This document shows positions 11,571-23,320 of a stretch of 64,000 nt of DNA, piece after piece. The stretch covers positions 1,680,941 through 1,744,940 of the forward strand of contig MU058844.1 in the NCBI GenBank assembly GCA_013265495.1, written 5' to 3'. The position numbers were made by a program, and so were the translations under genes. Position 1 is the first letter of the stretch. Each line of letters begins with the position of its first letter. The DNA comes from Vicugna vicugna. Lineage: Eukaryota. Under the pieces are notes generated by a model. That model searched no databases. It saw nothing but the letters and a program-made list of their open reading frames with translations, and was not told the origin of the DNA.

Positions 11571-13852
11571 TCAAAGAGCTTACAGTATAATGGGAGATAT
11601 CACAGAAAGGGACAATTTTAATTCATTGTGGTAAGTGCTGTAATAAGAATAAGCCCAGACGGAATTCCCAGAACCATTTGGGAAAACTTGAAGGGAGGCT
11701 AGAATTCCCTCAGGAGTTGTGGGGATGTATCTTTCATAGCTGATGTTTTGTCCTATTCTCATTTCAAAGGCCAGCTTGCCTATGAGAAACAGATTACATG
11801 TGGTTTTCTGCTCAGAAAGAACCCACATCAAAATGTTATGTTTTGACAAAGACTTCTGTTTCATGTCTGCTGAAATATAAATGAGTGTGTATTGGGGAGC
11901 CATTTGATGAGTGGAAGGAGGTTTGGAACCAGAACATGAGATTGACCCCAATTGCCTCTCTATGACTCTACAGGAACAAGACTTGAGGCCAGTGAGGTAC
12001 CGTTCTTGAAAGGAACCCCAGGTGAGAACATATTAGGGAGATACATAGTTCACTTAAGGCCAGTCTCTCAAGATATTGTGGGTCTTTAGCCAGCAAAGTT
12101 TCTCTCAAAATGTAGAATGGGCTTCCTCAGAGAGGACAAGAACTCAGAGTGGAATTTGCATGACTTCATAAGTTCCTAAATCATATTTCCCTAGACACCA
12201 TCATCTTTATCAGTACATAACAAAACTCTCCTTAATATAGCCTTCATAATTATAGTTGCTCTGTATTAATCACATGAAGAGAAAAATGTATTATTGCCAA
12301 ATCAGGTACAAAACTTTCTACAACACCTAAGCAGATACACATGCACTGCTTAGTGCTTACCTCACTTATCTTTTCTAATATTAGTTTAATTTGACCTTGC
12401 CTCAGGATGTTCGCTTCTCTTGCTGCTCTTCTAGGCTTCTGACCATTTATTCATGGATTGTTTCTCTTGTTTCTGTACCTTCCCCAACACTCGCTCTCCT
12501 GTTGATTTGCTGCTGGGGTTCTATTTATTTCACCCCATCTACATAGTAAGCTATTCCAACGTGTATTTTGTTAGTCTCTGACTTAGCAGGTGGATTCTCA
12601 AAATACGTTAAGTCCTTCAGGCAAGTCATGACCTCTTGGAACCCTGCTTGGAATACAGATTGTTATTACCATTTGGGATAGTAAGTTTACTTCACTATTC
12701 ATTTGCCTAGTCATAGATTAGGAAGGAGGACATAAGATCAATGTTTTCATAATCAAGTGTGCTTTTCTTTAAACATAAAACTTCTAAATAAAATATTCAG
12801 TATAAATACTCACTAAAGTAAACTGTAAAGGAAAGGTCTAGGAAGAAAAGATAAAATGGAACAAGATTTAAGCAACTACAATTGGGTAAGCGCAGATTAG
12901 AGCACTTACTCTACTCTCAGCCATGAATATATGCATGTGCATAAACATACACATGTATGTATGTGCACAGATATGTGTGCATATAAGTCAAACTTCTGGT
13001 ATTCTCTCAATTAATTTCCATATCCTGACTTTTGCTTTTTAAGTTCTTAAAACTTTCAGTGTCATGCTTGGAGCTAGTGGTATCTGAAAGCTTAATGCAT
13101 ATCTACTTTGGGCAGGCTTTTGTATAGATACTGAAGCCTTAATTGAGCAAAAAGTAGTTAGCATTTTTACTATCTTAGTTCTTTCATTAAGCTTTTCATC
13201 TGACTACCTAAGGCCATCCTACTTTCATTTGATAAGGGAAACAAAACCAAATCTCTTTGTGTCATTTTCTCAGAAGGCCTATTGAGAAAAGGAAATTAAT
13301 AAGTATCGATTCTCCTTTCTTTTCTTAGGACTAATTTAAGAAAACTCTGTGAATTCCCATATGTGCCCATTTTGTTGATTTCTGCTTTTACACTCAACTT
13401 CTGAAAAATGGTCATCAACTTCTTTATAACGTTTAAACTGCTGCCACTTTAAGATGTTGAACTCTGCTGTCATGAAGGCTTTAACACATCCTAAGCAAAT
13501 CTTACTGCAACTATTTTAAGTGAAACCAGAGAATGGCTTACCCCGAAACAGTAGCTAGTTTTCCCAGTGGAGAGAATTATTCCTTTCAAAACAGTTCAGA
13601 ATAAAAATCAAGACCATCAGTATAGAGCATAAGTAGAAACATACTCTAGGTTGTTCTAAGTCTTGGTAAGTGCAAGGTGGAGGAAACAAGCAAAATTTAG
13701 TGAAAAGAAATTCTAGGTAATATATTTTTTTAAGATGTGATATGAATAAACCTGAAAGCCCACTGAGACCTTACAATTTCTAGAAGTGAAAGAAATTTCA
13801 CAGCAGCACATTTAGGAATTAAAAAAAAAAAACCTGAATACTGAAGGCTTAC

Positions 13853-13998
13853 CTCAGTGAAACAGCTACTGACTTGTAGAATCTTGAAGGCGATGGTAGC
13901 CAATCAGAATAACCAGATTTTTCTCGAATATCAGATTCCAACATTAATACACAATCAAAATCAAAGTCAGGCATCAGTCCTCATGCCACACACCTTTC
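13853..13998 (-). other. Candidate 146-nt internal exon of an unidentified (likely non-coding) transcript
   Basis: Minus strand: long pyrimidine tract ...tctctgttcatatttttcccttttcAG|G and donor GAG|GTAAGC; unique sequence. Confidence 0.35.
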
Positions 13999-15804
13999 CT
14001 GAAAAGGGAAAAATATGAACAGAGAAAATGACAACATGATACCACGGAGAGGTCATAAGAAATCACAACCAAAATTAAGCAACCATGTTAGAAATAAATT
14101 GTCACTGTATTGATACTTTGCACTTTCCTGTTACATTAGCTCCTAGCAATTCTATTATTTCTAATCTCTTTCTGCAGGTACTAGCACCTGATGCTTTTTG
14201 ATACTAAATGAGAGAAAACCAAGAAAAAATGTTCATTGTGCATTAAGTCATCTCGTAAGTCTTTCAAGAACACAATTTGAGAAATGTTGATTTCCACATT
14301 GCTATACCCTCTGGTACACTGATATGTATTAACTGGTGAGTAATACATAAAACATCAACATTCTAAGTATAAGATTCATGACAATTAATGAGAATTAACA
14401 GTGGTTTTATTATATAGATACAAGTTTTGGAAAATGGGTCTATATATAATGGTATCATTTAGAAATTCTGGGGAAAGTACAGCAATTTTATCTTAATTAA
14501 AATATTCTTCTGAAGGGATTCACTTTCAAGTAACTCAATGTTCCGGAGTGCTGGGTGACATTATCTTTTCAATAATACTTATACAAAAATGTAATCATTG
14601 TAATAATTTTACGGGAAAATTCACTGTATACTACATATAGAATTATTTCCCTCTGTTGCAGATTTTATCTTTCCTTCAGAGTCACTCTGAACTGAGCCAT
14701 TACAAATAAGGGACATTGAGGGACATATTTAAAGTGGTGCTGTCTTCTGATGTTTGGGGGTATTAAATATCACTGGTTCTTTTGATTTTTTTTTGTAATT
14801 TGTATTTATTTCAATGCTTAGGCAGCTTAGTTTATTTATATGACTAGGTGACAGTGTATGTCTTCTTATATGTCATAGAAAACTGATGAAAAGTTGAGAA
14901 GTATAGCTCATCATGATTATACTCAGGTATAAAGAAGTATTAGATAAAATGGGGAGTAATTAAGGGAAAGATTTATGTCTTGTGCCAGTCACATGAATTT
15001 TAAAAGTAGTTTTACTTTTTAACACTGAAAAAGAGAATTTTTAATAGCGATTTTCTTTCTTATATTTACCTGCACCATGTATCAGTATATATGTGCCTTC
15101 ACTAAACTTAGTGTGGGCTTTTATTTTGTAAATCAAGAAAATAGAGGAAGTTTTGTTGGAGTAAATAGGAAAATGAATGGAGGGGTACAGCATAGCTTTT
15201 GTTCCTTCAAACTCTCTGCTTTTGTTATTGTTTTTAATCACTTAGTGTTAGAGAAGCTATTTTGATGAGAGGCTGTGGAAATTTGTGTATCGCACATTTG
15301 GTTTTGGGCCAGATGACAAAAGGTAGTAAAAACTGGAGAAGGCACCTATGCTGAAAATAATACAATATTGTGGCTTCGATAACATTGAGAAGTAGCTCTC
15401 TTGGTGCAAATGTTCTTATAAGGGGTAGCGGCAATGCAAATGCTATTTGAGTGACTTGTCGGGCATCATTCTTCAAAAGGGAGATCCAGAGCAGAAGCAG
15501 AACATGATGGGCACCACGTATGTACTCTAGCTGATAGTTTGGGTTGCTAACATCCTTGTAACATTTGTTGGGGGGCTGTTCTGGAAAATATGTGGGAGTC
15601 ATAAAGACCCTGGCAGTTCTGCGTGCATAAGTGAGAACATTTTATAGGAATATAGGTTTATTGACTTTATCATAGGTTTATCTGTACTGATCAGATTAAA
15701 TGGCTTAATACTTGGGAGTTGTAAATTTTAGCTTATCTTTGTTTTATTCTCTGGATTAAAGTCAGAGTAAAGCTTAGATCCCAAAATATTATGTTAGGAT
15801 ACTT

Positions 15805-15980
15805 GGTGTTAGCTGTCTCAATGAGGTGTCATAAAAAGGTTCATTTCTCGCTCAGGTAAAATCTGATGCAGGTCAAGTGTCTTCCATTTTAAGTTACGTC
15901 GCGTGAAGGCCATGACTTCCACATTCTGCCACAGAAGAAGGGAGGGATAGATGAGGCACCTGACTCCTGGGACCGAACCC
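15805..15980 (-). mobile_element. Old MaLR LTR fragment (MLT1J/K-like) interrupted by MLT2; resumes ~17070-17130
   Basis: aaaggttcatttctcgctca...ccatgacttcca..agaagggag; later ggaatatttggtgagc. Confidence 0.45.
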
Positions 15981-16081
15981 TGTATTAGTCAGAGTTCTCC
16001 AGAGAAACAGAATCAATAGGACATAGACTGATGCATCAATAGAGAGATACTACCTATCTGTCTGCCTGCCTGCCTGCCTGC

Positions 16082-16132
<51 letters not shown>

Positions 16133-16543
16133 ATCTATCATCAAGAGATTTAGTATAAGGAATTGGCACACGTGATTATGGAGGTGATCAAGTCCCAAGA
16201 TCCAGAGGATGAAATAGCAAGCTAGAGACCAGGAGAGCCAATAGTTTAATTCCAGTCCAAAAACTGGAAAAAAAAATGATGTCCCAGTTTACAGGTAATT
16301 TGGCAGGAAGAATTCTCTCTCACTCAGGGGAGGATCAGCCTTTTTGTTCTATTTAAGCCTTCAACTGATTAAATGAGGCCCACTCACATTAAGGAGAGCA
16401 ACCTGCTTTACTCAGTCTACCTACCAATTTAAATATTAATTTTTTTCCAAAATACTCTCACAGAAACACCTAGAATAATGTTTGACTAAATATCTGGGTA
16501 CATCGTGGCCTAGTCAAGTTGACACATAAAATTAACCATCCCA
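15981..16543 (-). mobile_element. ERVL 3' LTR MLT2 with (CTGC)n(CTAT)n microsatellite
   Basis: tgtattagtcagagttctccagagaaacagaatcaatagg...gtcaagttgacacataaaattaaccatc; microsatellite ~16054-16142. Confidence 0.9.
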
Positions 16544-17070
16544 AGTTCATCCCTTGCTACTGGGCACCATACACATCTCTTTAAGCTGTATTTAATCTTT
16601 AAATAAAGGCAATACCAAGATCATCTTTCACCTAAAATGATACAACTATCCTGCTTATAACAGAAAACTCACTAACTTCTTTTTCCCAGAAGAAAAGATA
16701 AAGTTCTTGAGTGAAGTTTACTATTCTCAATATCCTGCAACTTAAATACTATGATGTAAAGGTAACAATACTTAAATACTAGGATATAAAATCAATCAAT
16801 CACCACCTTATGTTACAGAAAAAGAAATAAGAAAAGGAAGAAAACAAAGACATTTACTTAAAATTACATACATACAAATATAATCATAACAAAATAAGGA
16901 GGAAATACTTATTACAATTATAGTCTTTGTTTCTGAAACTGATCATGTGATTGTAGCTTGTTATAAAAACTACCTTCTTTCACTAGTCATTCTGTATTCC
17001 CTTTGGCTTAATCAAGCGCTTTAGCTGGTTCTTTACCTAGTGGAGCATCCGAAATCTTCATTCCTGAAGG
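16544..17070 (-). mobile_element. ERVL internal 3' end attached to the MLT2 LTR
   Basis: Directly abuts the LTR through a PPT-like junction (minus strand: aagggatgaact|tgggatggttaat); ERVL-like ...cttcattcctgaaggg. Confidence 0.75.
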
Positions 17071-20000
17071 GTGTGATGGGGTGTGCAAGGAAAAAACACT
17101 TGGAATATTTGGTGAGCCCTAAACATCTCCAATATGGTAGCTGAAGTTTGAAAAGTGAAAAGCACATTTGAAAACCAATTGTATCAAAGCTAGAAAACCA
17201 GACAGACAATTGTACTTTTGGATCATGTAGGGCATCTTTTATTTGGGGATCAATTCTACATTCTTTGCCTAAGTGAAAAAAACCTGTTGCTTTTATGCCT
17301 CAGTTCTGGACGACTCTGCTTTTAATATTTTGCCCCCCAGATGGATGATCTATCTACATTGGCTACTTCCTTAGGGAATCTCAGACATTTTCACAATAGA
17401 ATCTGCATTAATCAACTATGAAGTGATCAAGGCTGTTCATTAATACAAGTCCACAGCAGACTCTACCATCTTATAGTCATTTTTGAGGTGTAAACAAGCC
17501 TCTTCATCAAATTTCTCTTCCTGTAAAACCACTGTTGGGAGATGAAACAAACAAAAAAATTGTACCACATCGACTTATTTCACTGTTTACCCAGAAAGTA
17601 TGGTGCTTCTGTGTCATCTTCACATCCAAAACATCCATTAAACAGAAATAAAACAGTGGAAGAAGCAGGTCTACTTATATCCTTAAAGACTCTTCCTTGC
17701 ATGAGTCTTGTGCTCTACCCAAGACTAAGCCAAACGCTAGGTATGCTTGAAGACTTCTTGTTGATCTTCCTCCCAAACAAAACACAACTAAATATTATTA
17801 TTATTATTATTACTATTATTGTTTGACTGAAAAACCATAGTTGAGAGAGAATGGGTGGGAATCCAAAAGAAAGGAAGAAAGAAAGGGCAATGATCAGGAA
17901 GAATGCTACAAAGAAAGAAAAATTAAGGAGACAATTTTACTACCACCTATTCAAGTGGTTTCCTAGGTCTTTGTTTACTTTTCTATTCTCCAGTTGTTTG
18001 ATTGCAGCAGTTACCTCCTAGTTTGAGTCTCTTTCTATGATATTTAAAAAATTGATAGCCTTAGTTAGCTAATGAGAATATTAAATTTGCCTTTATCATC
18101 ATGTGACTAAAACAACAAATATTCTCTGGCTTTAAAATTTTCAACTAAGTTCTCTTGGAATCAAGGACACATTGCTTGACCCAATTAATGTGCAGAATGA
18201 GGTTCTCTCCATCTCAGCTTATTCCAGTAGTCCAGTGAGGGTATTAAGCAAGTCGCCTAATTCTTACTCATTTCCTGTTCTTCAGTTAAGCAGACCCAGG
18301 GTTACATACTTTATTATAAAGATTTCTTTGGCATATAGAAGGGCATACAGAGTATGTGTACGTGTGTGTTGTGTGTGTGTTTGTGTTTGTGTGTATGCAG
18401 TCTGCAAAACAATATTTAAAGTTAATTTGAGATTTGACTCACAGCCTGTTAGACTTTGTTCTGAAAAAGTGGTCACTATCACTACTTTGTGACAATACAG
18501 ATTTTCAGTCAACATGTTTGGGACATGAACATTTCTTCTCATACAGTACTTATTGCTTTGATGTTTCTGATTCCCTCCTTAGATAGGATTTCTTGTGTTA
18601 TTTTCTTCTCCCAGATCGAAGAAATGTCACATTGCCCAGCGATTTCATATCTTAGTGTACAGAAAATTCAAAGGCATGAAGTTTAGAAAGATTTAAAATA
18701 AATATCTGAGTAATGCAACTCTGATATCCAGATGTTCCTTGCAGCTTTATATTATTACAGAGGAATGATACAACTGAGATCAGGTCCAGTAAAACACAAT
18801 ACATTTTTTGTACAAAATATAGTTTACAAAGAACATTCACATATATCACCTGATAGTATATTTATAAGAACTCTAATGAAAGTTGGAGCAGATATTATTC
18901 TAATTTTATCAACCATAAAATCACGAGCCAAAGAATTTTAAATAACTAATATTTTAGCAGTGGAACAATGATTAGAAATCATCTAGTCCAATGGATGTCA
19001 AACAAAGCCAGTCCAAGTTTATGCAGCTGGTAAGAGAGAGAACTAGGACTCTGATATTCCCAACCAAAGTTCCTCAGCAAGAATTGAGATCCAAAAATTG
19101 GAAAAATCAGATATATAGATGAGATCCAAAAGACAAGAGTGAGGCTATACATGGGCAATGGAGCCAGTGGTCAGAGTGACTGAATCATAAGACTAGACTA
19201 GTTCAAACTAGCAGAAGACTTCTGGGTCATGGTGGAAAAGTGCTGGGGGGCTATGAACTGGGAGTGTGTTAAGTCAACAGATCACAGTGGTAAAAGGGTA
19301 TAGAATTCAAATAGACCATGTTGTCTGTATAGAATTTCTGGACTGTGAAAGGAAGAACCTGGTCATCAGATTCACTTGTCAAGTCAATGTGTGACCCAGA
19401 ATGACTCCAAAACTCTAAAAGATAAAAATTAGTACAGCATTTGTATAGAGAGAGTCACAGACACTGCTCGGTCATAGACAAGATTTGATACCATGGTGGT
19501 AACAGGCACTGATATAGTGCTGGAACTCTGCTCCCTCAGGAACTCTGCCTTAGGGAGTTGACTTACATAGGGTGATTCTCAGATAAAGTGAGAATGCTGG
19601 ACTAGGAAAGGCATTCAGAAAATACTTTGATCTGTGAAGCCCTTTTTCCCAGAGGCGATCATGCATGGTTACCCAGTCTGTAAAGGAGGTACCCGTTATT
19701 GAAGCTTGCTTGAATGGAGAGCTTGCTTGAATGGAGAGACCCGTGCTCTCTCCATTCACCCTACAGTTAGCCCCTGAGTGACGCTTTGCGTCCTTCATCA
19801 TCTACAGAGTATTGCTTGAAAATCACTAGATTGGACGATTTATGATCATACTTTCACCGCTAAAGATAGTAGGAGACTGTGGTTCTAGAAGCAGGCTTTT
19901 ACATTTGTTAATGAGGGTAGAGCGTGTATGTTATTGCTCTAGTTTATAACATATGTCCATGGCTTCTTAGATAACTCTTACAGGGAAGAAGCTCTACCTC

Positions 20001-21309
20001 CCATCTGGCTTTTATAGGACTCAAGTTTGGGGATATGACAGAGAATCAGGATTAAATAGGCAAAATAGGTGTCAAGATTGTAATTCCCTCTTCCTATGGT
20101 CAGGGGATTCATTGCCTTTGAGGGGGACACAGGAGGTCAGGAGGTCAGTCCTAGTCTCCAGATGGCCTGAGGAACTGGACATTAGCAGCATAAACAACAT
20201 CTGCTGTCACTACAGGTATGGTTTTCTGAACATGGAAAAACTGAGCAGAGGGGACAGTGCTGCTTCATTTTATTCCCAGTTTGCTTATTTCCTGACTTTG
20301 GGATCTTGGATGTATATCATTTGACATAGCATTTAGCACGATATTTAGCAGCCACCAGGAGCATCAAGAGACATAGAATCTGTAGCCCCAGTTTGCTAAT
20401 TCTTAGTTTCTTGACCTTGGACATATTAGGGTGGTTGGAGGAGTAAATGAGATAAGTTGCAGCACTAACCATATTACCGAGTGGTGTAAATAGTATCTAT
20501 AAATGATGGGTACCACTAAACCATCAGTAATCACAGTACTAAGTATAATTTCTTCCCTGTGACTAGTATATTCAGCAGCAAAATTATAATAAAAAATAGC
20601 TAATAAACCCTTTTCTGGGAGTGAAGCATCTTTTATTTCCATCTAGGACTCTTTGGGATCTCTCTAGAGGTAGAGCCATAATTTGGGGCGGGGGTAGGAT
20701 TTAGCAGCAGAGTCTCATGGGCTCTGTTGGGCCCAATCTCAAAGGGTTCTCTGCAGGAGCAACTTTGCCACCTACTTTTGTGTAGGTGCAGTAACAGGGA
20801 CAGTGGTGGAATTACTTGCTATATGCTTTAGAGGCAGGTAAGGGACAGCATCTTAACATTCTTGGAGACAAAATACTCTTACCTGAGGTGACAACATTCA
20901 TTATCAAGGATAATTGATAATGAGTGAGATCCTTTCTTTGCTGCTGATAAACAGGTGACATCAGGCTACAGAGGATGTACATTTTTGTGGTGATTCAGTA
21001 TTTCTTTCATTTTGCTATTACTGACAGGAGGTGTATAACTGACCTTTTCTCAGTCATGAAGCCTTATCATTTCCATGATTTCAATAATAAGGTATTTGAT
21101 TGATAGAGGAAAACTAGTCTCTGAGGGAAGTACATAATGGGCCACCCATAGTGTGGAATTTTAGAATATTTTCTAGCAAAATATGATGGAATCCTTCTGA
21201 ATAAGTTCAAATTGGGAAGAAACAATATTAAATAATTCTAAATACTGCAGTGGAGTTTGGGACTTAAGGTTGATTGGGCTGTTTGTTTTGTGATGTTCCC
21301 CAGGGTTAT

Positions 21310-21680
21310 TTTGTTGAGAGTTTGCCATTAAGTGGTCTAATTGTGTCAGTGGATGGGGGCCTTTTCAATTTGCATAATTTCCTCAGGGGACTGCAGTTGC
21401 TAATTTGGTGATTAATTATCCATATTACACATTGTTTATTTGACCATGCCTAGATTAATTTCTTTTTTCCAGCAAATCACATTTAGATATGAATTTGCAT
21501 ATCTTGATTACATTTTAATGCCTTGGCTATCATTGTCTCTTCCCTGGACACCTCATCAGATTACAGAAGAGTGCTCAAGCAGAGAATGATGGAATGTCTT
21601 AAATGACATTGCACATCAGTGGACAGATAATGCACATGACTTATTTTTAATGAAGAATGTGTTATTTCATAATCAAGTGA
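21310..21680. promoter_or_regulatory. Candidate POU/SOX/homeodomain enhancer
   Basis: ATTTGCAT at 21368-21375 and 21493-21500, CATTGT at 21430-21435 and 21531-21536, multiple TAAT cores. Confidence 0.45.
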
Positions 21681-22059
21681 GTTATTATATCTAATGTACA
21701 ATATATTTTGTGTTTTTACCATTTCCATTTCACCATTATCAACCAGTTTTAAAAAACAGCCTTAATTAACATTTTAGATGTTGTTATAGATTGTTTATCT
21801 CTCTGTATGTCAAAATGTTTTACTTCTATTTATTTGTAATCTTGTTATTTGGCTATCAATTACTCATAAGCTGGTTAATATTCAAGGTCTCTAATTAGTT
21901 AATTTCCCATCCAATTTTTTCCAGGATTGAAAACCACTAGGATTCCTGTGGCATTCAGTACACTATAGGTTTTTAACAGTCAAGGACTGTGTCTCAATTT
22001 ATCTTTTATTTAATTTATCTAATAGAGTGTCTTTGCTGCTCTCATTATTATAAAAATAC

Positions 22060-22290
22060 ATAATAATTCGTATTATACCTATACTTTTTTGAGCATTATC
22101 TGGGTTCCATATAGTGTTAAGAGCTTTACTCGTATCATCTCTTTCAGTTGTGAAATCATCTTATGAGAAAAGTATTATTTTCCTTGTTTTACTGTGAGAT
22201 AATGAATTTTAGAGACAGACAGAAAGGAATTTGTTCCAGGTAAGATAACTAGGAAATGGTGTAGCCAAAATTAGAAACTGTCTAATAGTA
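22060..22290 (-). mobile_element. MIR SINE
   Basis: ttgagcattatctggg...attattttccttgttttac...gaaatggtgtagccaaaattagaa. Confidence 0.6.
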
Positions 22291-22340
22291 AAGGCTGTGC
22301 TTTTAAGTAATACTATGGGTGCAGAATGCTAAGTGATAGG

Positions 22341-22515
22341 TGCTCTTAACAAAAATGAATAAATGCTCTTAATCAACAATGAATGAATGCTTTTAATCAA
22401 CTGAATAGGCATAAAATGAGTGAATTAATGTTCATAATCAGCAATGAATGAATGCTCTTCACCACTTGGAGGTGGTAAATGGATGTGAAATACTGAGTGA
22501 ATGAATGAATGAATG
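22341..22515 (+). repeat. L2-tail-derived minisatellite (~24-bp unit tgctcttaatcaacaatgaatgaa) and (AATG)n
   Basis: 3-4 degenerate copies visible. Confidence 0.65.
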
Positions 22516-23029
22516 GTGGAAAGTTACTCTCCCATACCAGAGCTACAATCATGTAAAGAAGTTCTATTTCAACCCTCCATCCAAGTGTCAAGGCAGGAAT
22601 AAATAGGATCAGGTCCAGGGCCTCCCTGAAGTGGGGGCTGGCAGCCTTGACGTACAGCAGCTTGTGGGATGGAGCACAGGCACGGTTCACCTCTCCCCAA
22701 ACTATTGCTACATTCTCCCCAAACCATCCCTGGGAAAAAACACAGAAACTGGATACTCACGAATCTGCAGAAAATGTGGCTTATAGCTAACATTTTGGTT
22801 TTGAAGCCTGCACGTAAAGAACAGCATCTACCGAAGAACTCTGCTGGTTCTTATGGGGAGGAACTTTTTGATACACTGGACTCCTGCTCTCTTGAAGAGA
22901 TATGCTTCAGGGCCATTTCCATATGCTGGTCCCTCCTAGTACAGTGTGAAGTCTTCAGAGCAACCTTACACTTAACTGCTTAAGCTAGTACACATGACCA
23001 TTATACCAGGGAAATATGCTAGCTATGCT

Positions 23030-23320
23030 ATGCTAGGACATTGGGGCAAACTATTTAACTTCTCTGTACTTCAGTTTCCTCATCTATAATATAATAATAT
23101 GATTATTAATATATTTTACACTATGCATTTAATATATTAATTTATATCAATTATATATTGTTATGTAGTTAACATAGCAATGGTGTAATTTATCTATAAT
23201 ATAAACAAATTGTAAAATAATTGATATATTTATATAATAGACTTCTTCTGGCAAGTAAATGTTACTTCTTATCAACTATTTAGAACTTTGCCAAGCTCTA
23301 AGTATGTTAGGTATTATTAT
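23030..23320 (+). mobile_element. MIR with an AT-rich low-complexity insertion (~23085-23240)
   Basis: ggggcaaactatttaacttctctgtacttcagtttcctcatctataa then TA-rich tract. Confidence 0.6.

Noticed and set aside
12920..12985. Quasi-palindromic ATGCAT/ACAT tract (also ~30947-30995)
   Set aside because: Degenerate alternating purine-pyrimidine low-complexity sequence; self-complementarity is trivial.
15234..15602. 122-aa minus-strand ORF in unique sequence
   Set aside because: No recognisable homology and no exon or processed-pseudogene hallmarks (poly-A, TSD).
19200..20350. Possible old LTR/ERV sequence (likewise ~11710-12200 and ~60700-61330)
   Set aside because: Looks LTR-like, but I cannot assign a family or ends without a Dfam search, so it is not listed as a feature.
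22341..22460. ~24-bp direct repeats resembling a CRISPR array
   Set aside because: Degenerate, mostly head-to-tail copies without regular unique spacers, derived from an L2 (AATG)n tail; mammalian context, no cas genes.
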